DNA of 64,000 nucleotides, taken from positions 1,758,920 to 1,822,919 of the forward strand of contig CBDFIY010000003.1 of NCBI GenBank assembly GCA_965248335.1, given 5' to 3'. Each line of letters starts with the position of its first letter. The first letter of the stretch is position 1. Origin of the DNA: Pseudomonadales bacterium (GTDB lineage: Bacteria; Pseudomonadota; Gammaproteobacteria; Pseudomonadales; DT-91). This document shows, in pieces, positions 37,511-46,519 of this stretch. Below the pieces are notes generated by a model. That model searched no databases. It had not been told where the DNA came from and saw nothing but the letters and a program-made list of their open reading frames with translations. Position numbers and translations under genes: made by a program.

Positions 37511-37759
37511 TCGGTAAAGCCCACCTGAAAGTAGGGTTTCAGCCATCGATAACCAAAATTTTCTACAAAGATAGGCATTTTTACCCATACTCTGGCTAGT
37601 TAGTTTGAGTGATAAATAGTGGAACCCTTATTTGTTATGTGAACTTATTTCGTATATTTGGTGTCTTATGCTCATGAATTAGAAATGGTTTTCGGGTGCC
37701 TAGGTAGCGCCGTAAAGCAGATTACATGTTTGATACATTCAATTTATGAGGGTATTTCT

Positions 37760-38203
37760 ATGATGCCAGCAGCAAGGAAAAGTTTAGCTGTTTTTTTCTG
37801 TGGATTTTTTGTGAGCCTTGCAGCAGGGGTCTTGAATGCAGGTAGCGCATCCATTGATGTTCGTGAGTATGATGATAAAACGCATTGGCAAGGGTATAAC
37901 TATAGAGTTAAAGCGGATGGTTATAGCTACTGTGTAAATACGGTTGATCCAAATAATGCAGTTATCACACCAGGGTTTGGCATAACGATGAATATCACTT
38001 GGGATTCCGGCGCTTTCGATTATTGTGCTTGGCGTCATAGCGAGCAAACATTCACTGTTCAGAAAATAGGTGATCCCTCTATAAAGGCCACATTTAAATG
38101 GAAGAAAGAAGCCGGAGCGGACCCTCACCTTTATATAGAAAGTGATGCGCATGGTATTTTGCATAACTCCGGAAGTCAGGTCACTATTGGCTTTAAGAAA
38201 TAA
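37760..38203 (+). CDS. Small secreted protein, paralog 1. Unknown family; a two-Cys-pair beta-rich domain is likely.
   Basis: Signal peptide MMPAARKSLAVFFCGFFVSLAAGVLNAGSA, then a ~120-aa domain that aligns along its whole length with the ORF at 38316..38762. Confidence 0.55.
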   Translation: MMPAARKSLAVFFCGFFVSLAAGVLNAGSASIDVREYDDKTHWQGYNYRVKADGYSYCVNTVDPNNAVITPGFGITMNITWDSGAFDYCAWRHSEQTFTVQKIGDPSIKATFKWKKEAGADPHLYIESDAHGILHNSGSQVTIGFKK

Positions 38204-38315
38204 CAAGCGCTAGCTATTTGTCTCAAGGTGACAGGCTTCGAATGGGTGAAATAAATTTGTCGATATAAAAAGTGAATATTTTCAACGTAGCTAACCCCAT
38301 AGAGGATGACATCAA

Positions 38316-38762
38316 ATGATGTTTGTTAAAAAGAGAGATGCTGTATGTTTAGCGGGTGCACTGCTGTTCTGTCTTATGGCGAGTATTGTGAGTGCCGGTG
38401 ATGCAACGGTTGAAGTGCGAGAGTATGATGATAAGGCGCATTGGCAGGGTTATAATTACAGGGTAACAGCGACAAGCGATAACTTTTGCGTCAGTTCAAT
38501 TTCACCCGATAACTCCGTTGTTACGCCGGGGTTTGGCGCAGACTTCAAAATTGAATATAAATCAGGCGCATTTTCTTATTGTGGTTGGCGTCATAGTCAT
38601 CAATATTTTACCGTAGAGAGGATAGGTGACCCTAATATAACGGCTGAGTTTCAGTGGTATAAAGGTGCCGGGAAAGATCCTGTGATTCATATTAAAACAG
38701 ATGACCATGGTATTTTACATCACACAGGTAGCGAGCAAATTACCATTGGTTTTAAAAAATAA
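38316..38762 (+). CDS. Small secreted protein, paralog 2 (a tandem duplicate of 37760..38203).
   Basis: A signal peptide plus a domain sharing VREYDDK.HWQGYNYRV..., C..S/T..P.N.V.TPGFG, SGAF.YC.WRHS.Q.FTV..IGDP.I.A.F.W and DPH/VI...D.HGILH..GS...TIGFKK with paralog 1. Confidence 0.55.
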   Translation: MMFVKKRDAVCLAGALLFCLMASIVSAGDATVEVREYDDKAHWQGYNYRVTATSDNFCVSSISPDNSVVTPGFGADFKIEYKSGAFSYCGWRHSHQYFTVERIGDPNITAEFQWYKGAGKDPVIHIKTDDHGILHHTGSEQITIGFKK

Positions 38763-38897
38763 ATACATCTGTTTTTAAGTTTTTAAACAGTAATGTGACA
38801 TATGAAAAAGGCGAGCGGTTAGAGCCACTTACCTAGTACATTATCTTAATCCGATTATCGGGTTTAGTTTGATGCTTTTTTTGTTATTTAAGCATTG

Positions 38898-38921
38898 GAT
38901 TCCCGCGAATGCGGGAATCCA
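38898..38921. other. Perfect 10-bp-stem hairpin GGATTCCCGC-GAAT-GCGGGAATCC.
   Basis: Read directly. It lies downstream of paralog 2 and next to MITE copy C. The flanks are not T-rich, so a terminator role is uncertain. Confidence 0.4.
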
Positions 38922-38952
38922 ATGCCAGCCAACTCTTTTCAAATGATGTGCT

Positions 38953-39079
38953 ATACCGATCACCCTTGAAGACGCAAGGGCGTTGGCCGCGCTCGCTCAC
39001 CCCAATTATTTACTGATTGTAAGCTCATGGGGATTCGCTCGTTTGCCGCCTTCTTGCATCTCCAATTCCGATGGGTATA
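38953..39079 (-). repeat. MITE-like intergenic repeat, copy C (inverted).
   Basis: Reverse complement of the consensus. It ends 8 bp before the stop codon of the esterase gene. Confidence 0.75.
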
Positions 39080-39087
39080 GATTGATA

Positions 39088-40773
39088 CTAAAAATTATCT
39101 GCAAAGAAATCTTCAGCTATCCAATAATCACAATAGTGGCCACGTAAATCACTGCCTATTGTGAAATCTTGCCCCCATGTTAAGTAGTTTTCATCCGTAT
39201 CATTGTAAGCCGGCCAGTTAGGCGCAGAGGCGTGGTTAGGATTTCCTGTTCTTGCTAGTGTGCCCATGTAGTCTTGTATAGACATAGAAACTGCTTTCTG
39301 TTCATCGGTTTTAAGTGAGCTGGTAGGTGCGCTCGAACCAAATAAAAAGCCAATTTCTCCCGAGTGAAATACGCCTAAGGGGGGTGGGTTAGTGCCCAGT
39401 TGGAATTTTGTTATCATCCTCAATATTGAATCACTGTACTCAGTAAATTGATATTGAAAGACGGGGTATCCGGCTGCGTAGAGGTTTTTAGAGGTTTTCA
39501 CCATGGCGCAGACAATGTTTCTGTCACCAGAAATGGTTGCCATTGCATGGCCGACATTAATGTATTGGTCGATAGGGTAAAGATTAAGCACGTTATCAAT
39601 ATCTTCGGGCTTCATTTCTGTAAAGCGCTCAGTCATGTAATCTTTATAGTCAGCCTCTTCCGGGTGGTCTTTTAACGCCTCGAACAAGCTACCTTCATCC
39701 TTCACTGTGCCGATAATAACGTTTTGTGGGGTTAACGCGCCTTGTTCAATTAATGCCTTGTTAGCAGAAATCATATCTTCAAAGTTAGCATTAATAAAAT
39801 GGTCGTCTTTAGTGAAATAAGGAAAAAATTTCCATTGCGTACCATCCACTAAAAAGAGTTCATTAAAGGGCGCGTCAATTTTTTTGCGCATTTCTTTGGG
39901 TGAAAGTTTACGCATGCAGGCGAGTTGCTCGGCGGCGTCCTGTTGATCACACCCCATCATGCCCGCAAATTCAGCGCCTTTTTGATCGGCTTCCTCTTGC
40001 TTCATGGTTAACCATTCGCCACAAGGGCCACTGGAGATGATTGAATTTTGAAATAAATGGCGGCTGAGTGGTGACGCCATTAGCATGCAAACGCTTGCAC
40101 CGCCTGCAGATTCCCCAAAAACCGTGATATTTTCTGGATCACCACCAAAGCCTTCAATTTCATTGTTGACCCATTTAAGTGCTGCGACTTGATCTAAAAA
40201 ACCGTAGTTTCCAGATTGCCCTTGTTCGGCTGTTAAGCCCGGTAAGGATAAAAAACCGAGAGGCCCTAAACGGTGGTTAAGGGTGACAACAACAACGTCT
40301 TCATTTTGAGAAAGAGTTGTTCCTTTATAAGACAGTTCATTACCTGAGCCGAGCAGGAATCCACCACCGAAAATCCATACCATGACAGGATATTTGCCCG
40401 GTTTATCAGGTGCCCAAATGCTAAGGTCAAGGCAGTTTTCACTGGTAAATGGGCTAAAAACGCCGGTAGGGCTAGCCCACTGTTCACAGCCGCTTAGGCT
40501 AAATGAAGCACTCTTTGTTCCATCCCAAGGTTTTACCGGCTTTGGTGGTTGCCAACGATTCTCGCCTGTAGGCGCAGCAGCATAAGGGATGCGATACCAT
40601 GCGTTGGTGAGGCTATTTGAGCGCCCTTTGACTTTTCCGTAGCTCGTTTCAACGATACGATCACAGTCCCAGAAGCAAAAATCAAAGCTGCTCGCATAGC
40701 TTGATAAAAGCAACCCTCCAAGTAAAGCGCAATACTGCATTAATCTCGATATTTTATTATCCATTATATTCAA
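39088..40773 (-). CDS. Type-B carboxylesterase/lipase family protein (secreted).
   Basis: GESAGG nucleophile-elbow motif, N-terminal signal-like segment, about 560 aa. Typical of the para-nitrobenzyl esterase family. Confidence 0.8.
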   Translation of the reverse strand: MNIMDNKISRLMQYCALLGGLLLSSYASSFDFCFWDCDRIVETSYGKVKGRSNSLTNAWYRIPYAAAPTGENRWQPPKPVKPWDGTKSASFSLSGCEQWASPTGVFSPFTSENCLDLSIWAPDKPGKYPVMVWIFGGGFLLGSGNELSYKGTTLSQNEDVVVVTLNHRLGPLGFLSLPGLTAEQGQSGNYGFLDQVAALKWVNNEIEGFGGDPENITVFGESAGGASVCMLMASPLSRHLFQNSIISSGPCGEWLTMKQEEADQKGAEFAGMMGCDQQDAAEQLACMRKLSPKEMRKKIDAPFNELFLVDGTQWKFFPYFTKDDHFINANFEDMISANKALIEQGALTPQNVIIGTVKDEGSLFEALKDHPEEADYKDYMTERFTEMKPEDIDNVLNLYPIDQYINVGHAMATISGDRNIVCAMVKTSKNLYAAGYPVFQYQFTEYSDSILRMITKFQLGTNPPPLGVFHSGEIGFLFGSSAPTSSLKTDEQKAVSMSIQDYMGTLARTGNPNHASAPNWPAYNDTDENYLTWGQDFTIGSDLRGHYCDYWIAEDFFADNF

Positions 40774-40948
40774 TCCCTTATAGGTTTATCCATGTTTGGA
40801 TATCTTACATTAAGGCTTAATATGTATGTTAGAACAATTGCTTATATGGCAGGTAAGCCTCTTGTACAATTGCGTTTACTTTCTAGTAGTGAGGGCGCAA
40901 TGAGGCTAAGGGTATTTGCAGCTAATGGTTGATTTCTGGCAATACTTC

Positions 40949-41527
40949 TCACCTATACCCATCGGAATTGGAGGTGCAAGAAGGCGGCAAGCGAGTGAAT
41001 CCCCATGAGCTTACAATCAGTAAGTGATTGGGGTGAGTGAGCGCGGCCAACGCCCTTGCATCTTCAAGGGTGATTGGTATGAAGCCATGGTCGTACTTGG
41101 TTTTTGTAATGTGTAAATTCTTGGCCAAAATTTGCTGCCAAAGCTTTTTCTTCAGGCTGTACTTGAAATCGCTGAATATAGGCAATGTAAAAACAATTAA
41201 GCTGGCGGCCCCTACTGAGCTTAGATACACAGACCAAGCAAACAGAAAGATAACAAAGCCAACATACATCGGGTTTCTTGTTATTTGATAAATAACTGAT
41301 GTGACGAGCGTTGTTGAAGCGGCTGGATTCAGTGGGTTAATGGTTGTCTTGGCGTTACGAAATGCTATTGATCCGGCCACCCCGAGTGACCATATAATCC
41401 CTACAAGTGTGTATTTGATGACAGGATTATCATTGAATGTGGGGGTATGTATGGCTACTCCCCACATGCCACCGGCAAAAATTAAAGCAACTAATGGCGG
41501 CGGTATTTTACTATCAAGAAAGCTCAC
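40949..41527 (-). CDS. Isoprenylcysteine carboxyl methyltransferase (ICMT/PEMT)-family membrane methyltransferase. Its 3' end runs into MITE copy D.
   Basis: Multi-TM protein with an RNPMY motif. The last ~34 codons (IPITLEDARALAALTHPNHLL...SDGYR) are encoded by the MITE, so the native C-terminus has been replaced. Confidence 0.6.
   Translation of the reverse strand: MSFLDSKIPPPLVALIFAGGMWGVAIHTPTFNDNPVIKYTLVGIIWSLGVAGSIAFRNAKTTINPLNPAASTTLVTSVIYQITRNPMYVGFVIFLFAWSVYLSSVGAASLIVFTLPIFSDFKYSLKKKLWQQILAKNLHITKTKYDHGFIPITLEDARALAALTHPNHLLIVSSWGFTRLPPSCTSNSDGYR
40955..41081 (+). repeat. MITE-like intergenic repeat, copy D.
   Basis: Near-identical to the other copies. It is inverted relative to copy C, and together they flank the esterase gene. 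Confidence 0.75.
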
Positions 41528-41562
41528 AAGATGACATTTTTGTTAGCATTATTCTTTGATTT

Positions 41563-43068
41563 TTACGCACTTGGTTTTTCCATTTGCCGTTCATTTTTCT
41601 GCTTCGCCTTTGGGTTGCCCGTACCCAATGCCAGGATACGCATCTCCTCGGATTCAATTTCTTTCAAAATATCTTCAAGCGTTCGGCTAATTTTAGTGCA
41701 GTTGCGAATCCATTCTATTTTTGGCCAAGTTGCACGCTCTCCTGCAAGCACCAAATTGGTAATGTCTTCTTTTTCTGGGTTAGAAAAAAGTTTCCACGGG
41801 TTAAGGAGATTAAAGTTTGGCGTGATGGTGATGTCTGCGGTGTAGTCCTGTGAAACCAATGCATGAACCTGTGTTAAAAAATAGCTGACTGCTGGCGATT
41901 TTAAGTTATCACGGGTATGCCTAAGTACGTTTGAAACAACATTTTTCGTTGTTTTAGCGGATATTTCCGCGATTAATTGTTTGATACCTTGTGTTTGACC
42001 TTTTTCAGAAACGAAAGGGACAACATGAGGGTTAACCTGGCTGGCAATAAAATGATTAACGCCATAAATACGGGATAGACGTTTGCCGGGTAGGTCGTTC
42101 GATAATGTGCCGTCAACCCACTGCCTTGATGGGTTGTAAGGCTGAGGCTGTCCATCTGAATTTTTAGCCACCAAGGTTACTGGTGGAAAGAGGCCGGGAA
42201 CAGCCGTAGAAGCTAATACGCCTTTACGAACAAAAACATTGGGTGCGCTGATGGCACTTAGCATACGTGATTCGTGGTTAAGCCTTGCGGGTGAGATGGT
42301 TATATTGATCGCACGGCCGGTTTTCTCATAGGCTTCTTGAAAGGTGATTTCAGGAATGAATTTAGCCATTGTTTCTTCAAGGTGATCACCATCAAGTAAT
42401 GCCTCTCCCCGGAATAAACGTTTCCACCCCATGAATTTCATGGCTTCAGTTTTAATGTCATCAAGTGCAAAATAAGAAGCAAGCTCTTCATCGGAAGCTG
42501 TACCTAAAATTGACGCAACAACGGAGCCTGCGCTAGAGCCTGAAATAACGGTGGGTAATAGGCGCTGTTCATGTAAGGATTTGGCAACGCCAACATGGAA
42601 CATACCAAAATTAGCACCGCCACTGAGCATAAGTGCTGACCTGCCGAAACAGTGACTCGCGCGTCTGAAAAAATCCAGTTTATCGGCAAGGCTGATAACG
42701 TCGTGGCTAATATCTTTGATATGTAATAAAGAGGCTACAACTTCGTCTATATACTCAACAATTAACGACTTTGTACCGAATTTGCTGTGGTTATAAAGTG
42801 GTGAGCGGCCAATGCCACCGAGGTTGCCGTGTATGCCTTCATTGAGCGTATAGTAAAGCTGAATATCATCGCCTTGTTGTCGAAATTCTTTCAGTTTATT
42901 TAAACGTGAGCGAATCAAGTGGTGATCATAAAATGAAGACGTTTGTCTGTCTTTCCACTCATCTAACCCTGTTTCTCTATCAAAATTAAGGGCGGCCTCT
43001 TGCCAGTCTGTATAGTTTTCACAGTAATCCATATCTTTTAATAAAGATTTGATACGTCTTGATGTCAT
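41563..43068 (-). CDS. Patatin-like phospholipase with an N-terminal DUF3336-type extension.
   Basis: Oxyanion GGANFG and the GSSAG (G-x-S-x-G) lipase serine motif. 501 aa. Confidence 0.8.
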   Translation of the reverse strand: MTSRRIKSLLKDMDYCENYTDWQEAALNFDRETGLDEWKDRQTSSFYDHHLIRSRLNKLKEFRQQGDDIQLYYTLNEGIHGNLGGIGRSPLYNHSKFGTKSLIVEYIDEVVASLLHIKDISHDVISLADKLDFFRRASHCFGRSALMLSGGANFGMFHVGVAKSLHEQRLLPTVISGSSAGSVVASILGTASDEELASYFALDDIKTEAMKFMGWKRLFRGEALLDGDHLEETMAKFIPEITFQEAYEKTGRAINITISPARLNHESRMLSAISAPNVFVRKGVLASTAVPGLFPPVTLVAKNSDGQPQPYNPSRQWVDGTLSNDLPGKRLSRIYGVNHFIASQVNPHVVPFVSEKGQTQGIKQLIAEISAKTTKNVVSNVLRHTRDNLKSPAVSYFLTQVHALVSQDYTADITITPNFNLLNPWKLFSNPEKEDITNLVLAGERATWPKIEWIRNCTKISRTLEDILKEIESEEMRILALGTGNPKAKQKNERQMEKPSA

Positions 43069-43130
43069 CTTGTCGCCCTGTGGTTGACTACCATTTTTTT
43101 ATTATAGTGATGAAAAGGGTAAAGCGTATT

Positions 43131-43880
43131 TTAAAAAGACAACGAGAAGGCAATAAGTAGTATGCATTCTGTGATCTGCTGTATTCCGCCTAAACAATCG
43201 CCGTTATATCCTTCAATTTTTTTTTGAAAGAATATTTTTCCCATAACGCTAACGGTAATTATACAGGTAAGTATTAATAGAATAAAAGTAACAGGTATTA
43301 GGAGGAAATTAAATAACAAGATAAAACAGATAACAGGTAAAGCATGGTATTTACTCAATATTATACTTGCTGTCATTTTAGATGCCTCAGAGGTTGAGGC
43401 GTAACTGCTTGTCGCAATGATAAAAAGCGGGGCTATTCGGCTCATGCTTTGTACGCTGATAAAACTGATAAGCATAATGCTTGTAGGCAGTGATACCATA
43501 AGGCTGATTTTTAACCCTAAGACAGAGATGAGGCTTAGGGCACCGTAAGTTCCTAGGCTTGAGTCTTTCATGATGAGTAAACGTTTTTCTTTGTTTAGGC
43601 CACCAAAAAGGCCATCAAAGCTATCAGCGAGGCCATCTTCGTGGATGGCGCCGGTTAATATGATCGCCATGATAACCATGCAAATGCTTACACTTGTTTG
43701 CGATAGGTGGCCGAGTAGTATAAAGCCGAGTGCTGCGCCGGTAAGGCCAATAAGCATACCAACGATGGGTAAGTAATTAACGGATAGCGCAAAATGCTCG
43801 GGTTTTAAGTTGCGTCCATTAAAGGGCATTCGGCTGAACTGAATAAAGCTGGCTTTAAGGCAATCTATGATGAAAGGCAT
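43131..43880 (-). CDS. cobS: Adenosylcobinamide-GDP ribazoletransferase (cobalamin synthase).
   Basis: Polytopic membrane protein with the HEDGLADSFDG motif characteristic of CobS. The start was chosen at the internal Met (MPFIIDC...); the ORF extends further upstream. Confidence 0.7.
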   Translation of the reverse strand: MPFIIDCLKASFIQFSRMPFNGRNLKPEHFALSVNYLPIVGMLIGLTGAALGFILLGHLSQTSVSICMVIMAIILTGAIHEDGLADSFDGLFGGLNKEKRLLIMKDSSLGTYGALSLISVLGLKISLMVSLPTSIMLISFISVQSMSRIAPLFIIATSSYASTSEASKMTASIILSKYHALPVICFILLFNFLLIPVTFILLILTCIITVSVMGKIFFQKKIEGYNGDCLGGIQQITECILLIAFSLSF

Positions 43881-44078
43881 ATGGCAGTTCCGTTTGGCTG
43901 GGTGAGTAGGTGTGCATACGCCTCTCGTAGCCTGCGTGTATCTTGATGATTGCGGTGGGTTATGAGACAATTCGCCGCCGATTTTACTGCTTGACCGCTC
44001 AATCAATCTCACCCTTTTTGGTCAGTATTAAGCATGAATCGTCGTTTTTTTTCAATCACGCTATAAAGCAGGAAATCT

Positions 44079-44696
44079 ATGGCAGAGCAAAAAGCAACCA
44101 ATGTCCATTGGCATGATGGTGAAGTCACAAAAAAAGATCGTTCTGAGTTATTAGGCCAGCAAGGTGCAACACTTTGGTTTACCGGGCTTTCAGGTAGCGG
44201 GAAAAGCACAGTCGCGGTTGAGTTAGAAAAAGCACTCTTTGCTAGAGGCAAATTATCGTATCGTCTCGATGGCGATAATGTTCGCTTGGGTATTAACAAG
44301 AATTTAGGTTTCAGCGCAGAGGATCGCGCTGAGAATATTCGCCGTGTCGGAGAGGTATCGAAATTGATGGCAGATTCGGGTGTGTTGGTACTTAACAGTT
44401 TTATCAGCCCCTATGTGGCGGATCGGGACCAAGTCAGAGCTTTGCATGAAGCCACCGATATCCCGTTTATCGAGGTGTTTGTTGATTGCAGTTTATCTGA
44501 AGCGGAGAAGCGCGACCCAAAAGGTCTGTATAAAAAAGCACGTGCAGGCGAAATTAAAAACTTCACTGGCATCGATGATCCTTATGAAGCCCCGACAAAC
44601 GCTGAGATCCATCTGAAAACAGATCAAATGTCACTCGAAGAAGAAGTGAATTTAATCGTGTCAGCGCTTGAAGAGATGAACGTTTTAGACAAGTAA
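44079..44696 (+). CDS. cysC: Adenylyl-sulfate (APS) kinase.
   Basis: P-loop GLSGSGKST, an APS-kinase length of 205 aa, and conserved ...DGDNVR.... Confidence 0.9.
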   Translation: MAEQKATNVHWHDGEVTKKDRSELLGQQGATLWFTGLSGSGKSTVAVELEKALFARGKLSYRLDGDNVRLGINKNLGFSAEDRAENIRRVGEVSKLMADSGVLVLNSFISPYVADRDQVRALHEATDIPFIEVFVDCSLSEAEKRDPKGLYKKARAGEIKNFTGIDDPYEAPTNAEIHLKTDQMSLEEEVNLIVSALEEMNVLDK

Positions 44697-44698
44697 GC

Positions 44699-45925
44699 TT
44701 GTCTGTTGATATTGGAGAAAGAATGATGATAAAACCACACGGATCAGAGTCGCTCAACGCGTTGTTTGTTGAAGACGCATCTAAAAGAGCGTCGCTACTC
44801 AAAGAAGCAGAAAGCTTACCACAAATCGTTGTTAGCTCAGCCGCAGCTGCAAATGCGGTGATGCTGGGTGGCGGTTATTTTACTCCTCTCGACGGCTATA
44901 TGAATTTAGCTGATTGTTTAGGGGTTGCTGCTAATCTACAGACTGCCGATGGCGTTTTCTTCCCTGTACCTGTTGTCAATTTGATTGAGGACAGTGCTGC
45001 GATTCAGGGTGCAGCACGTATTGCTTTACGTGACCCTAACGTTGAAGGTCAGCCAATCATCGCGATTCAAACTGTTCAGGCGATTGAGGAGATCTCAGGT
45101 GAGCAGCTAGCCAGCATCGCTCAAGAAGTATTTGGCACGACGGATCTTTCACATCCGGGTGTGAGTACTTTTTTATCTTTAGGTAATCAATTGGTCTCGG
45201 GCCCTATTGAAGTGCTGAATTTCAGTTATTTCGAAACAGAATTCAGTGACACATTCAGAACGGCGGTACAGATTCGTGATGAAATCCAGCAACGTGGCTG
45301 GGAGAATGTGGTGGCTTTTCAAACGCGTAATCCTATGCATCGTGCGCACGAAGAGCTTTGCCGAATGGCCATGAAAGACCTCAATGCCGATGGTGTTTTG
45401 ATTCACATGCTATTGGGTAAATTGAAAAAAGGCGATATACCTGCAGATGTACGCGATAATGCGATTCGTACCATGGTTGATGGCTATTTCCCAGAAAATA
45501 CTGTGATGATTTCAGGTTATGGTTTCGATATGCTGTATGCAGGGCCGAGAGAAGCCGTGTTGCATGCACTATTTCGTCAAAATAGCGGTTGCACGCATTT
45601 TATTGTGGGTCGTGATCATGCTGGCGTAGGCGATTTCTACGGTGCTTTTGATGCACAAACAATTTTTGATGAGAAGGTGCCTGAGGGTGCGTTAGCTATC
45701 GAGATTTACAAAGCGGATCATACGGCTTACTCCAAAAAGCTTAATAAAGTGGTGATGATGCGTGATGCGCCGGATCACAGTAAAGACGATTTTATTTTGC
45801 TTTCAGGTACAAAAGTGCGTGAGATGCTTGGTCAGGGCATTGCACCACCCCCTGAGTTTTCTCGACCTGAAGTGGCGCAAATATTGATGGATTATTATCA
45901 ATCGCTGCAAGAAGAAACGGCTTAA
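44699..45925 (+). CDS. sat: Sulfate adenylyltransferase (ATP sulfurylase, single-chain Sat type).
   Basis: QTRNPMHRAHEEL and GRDHAGVG motifs. The start may be the downstream MMIKPHG. Confidence 0.85.
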   Translation: MSVDIGERMMIKPHGSESLNALFVEDASKRASLLKEAESLPQIVVSSAAAANAVMLGGGYFTPLDGYMNLADCLGVAANLQTADGVFFPVPVVNLIEDSAAIQGAARIALRDPNVEGQPIIAIQTVQAIEEISGEQLASIAQEVFGTTDLSHPGVSTFLSLGNQLVSGPIEVLNFSYFETEFSDTFRTAVQIRDEIQQRGWENVVAFQTRNPMHRAHEELCRMAMKDLNADGVLIHMLLGKLKKGDIPADVRDNAIRTMVDGYFPENTVMISGYGFDMLYAGPREAVLHALFRQNSGCTHFIVGRDHAGVGDFYGAFDAQTIFDEKVPEGALAIEIYKADHTAYSKKLNKVVMMRDAPDHSKDDFILLSGTKVREMLGQGIAPPPEFSRPEVAQILMDYYQSLQEETA

Positions 45926-45929
45926 ATAG

Positions 45930-45952
45930 AAAGGCGCGAAAGCGCCTTTGAT
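45930..45952 (+). terminator. Rho-independent terminator after sat.
   Basis: AAAGGCGCG-AA-AGCGCCTTT hairpin followed by TTGATTCAT, 5 bp after the stop codon. Confidence 0.6.
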
Positions 45953-45966
45953 TCATAAGTGCCGAC

Positions 45967-46233
45967 TTAGGTTTCGTTAAATGAATAATTTAGAGGTTCA
46001 AAGTTTTGGTTAGGGATTTTAAAGAGCAAGTTAAATCCGTTAATTAATGCGTTAAGCTTGATTTGTTCTTTTATTTCCTGACGTTGTACCTCTTTGTGCT
46101 CGTGTCGAGTGACAATATCCCAAGTATTCATGTTTTTTTCAGCAAAATTAAGTTGTCGTGCGCGTTTTTTTCTCTTTTTGTTAGGGGCGTTTTTTTTTAT
46201 CTCATTTTCATCAGTTGGTGTGGAGGCAGCCAA
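45967..46233 (-). CDS. Hypothetical small Lys/Glu-rich ORF (88 aa). It may be a remnant disrupted by the adjacent IS.
   Basis: ORF only, with no family recognised. Confidence 0.15.
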   Translation of the reverse strand: MAASTPTDENEIKKNAPNKKRKKRARQLNFAEKNMNTWDIVTRHEHKEVQRQEIKEQIKLNALINGFNLLFKIPNQNFEPLNYSFNET

Positions 46234-46519
46234 TATATCTAATAAACGTGTTGTGCATTCGGCTGCCGATTCGATGTCCGCATCGTAGTTTTCAGAGTAG
46301 GTTTCGGTATTGCTCTTAGCTAGTGCCTGACAGAAAACCCCCTAAATTCAAATAATTGATCAATAAATGACCCCATTGATTTTCAAGAAACCCATTCATT
46401 TTTTGTTTTGATCATGATTCCAATTAAAATCATAAAAACAATGTTGTTTTGGCTGGGAATGACAAATTTAAGGCGCAGCATCCCCGAGAACGTAGAATTC
46501 ATTAAGCGGATTGCTTGAG

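Noticed and set aside
38898-38921. The 10-bp-stem hairpin as a Rho-independent terminator for the secreted paralog gene.
   Set aside because: It is about 135 bp past the stop, with no downstream U-run on either strand. It is more likely part of a repeat or REP-like structure, and is kept only as a low-confidence structural feature.
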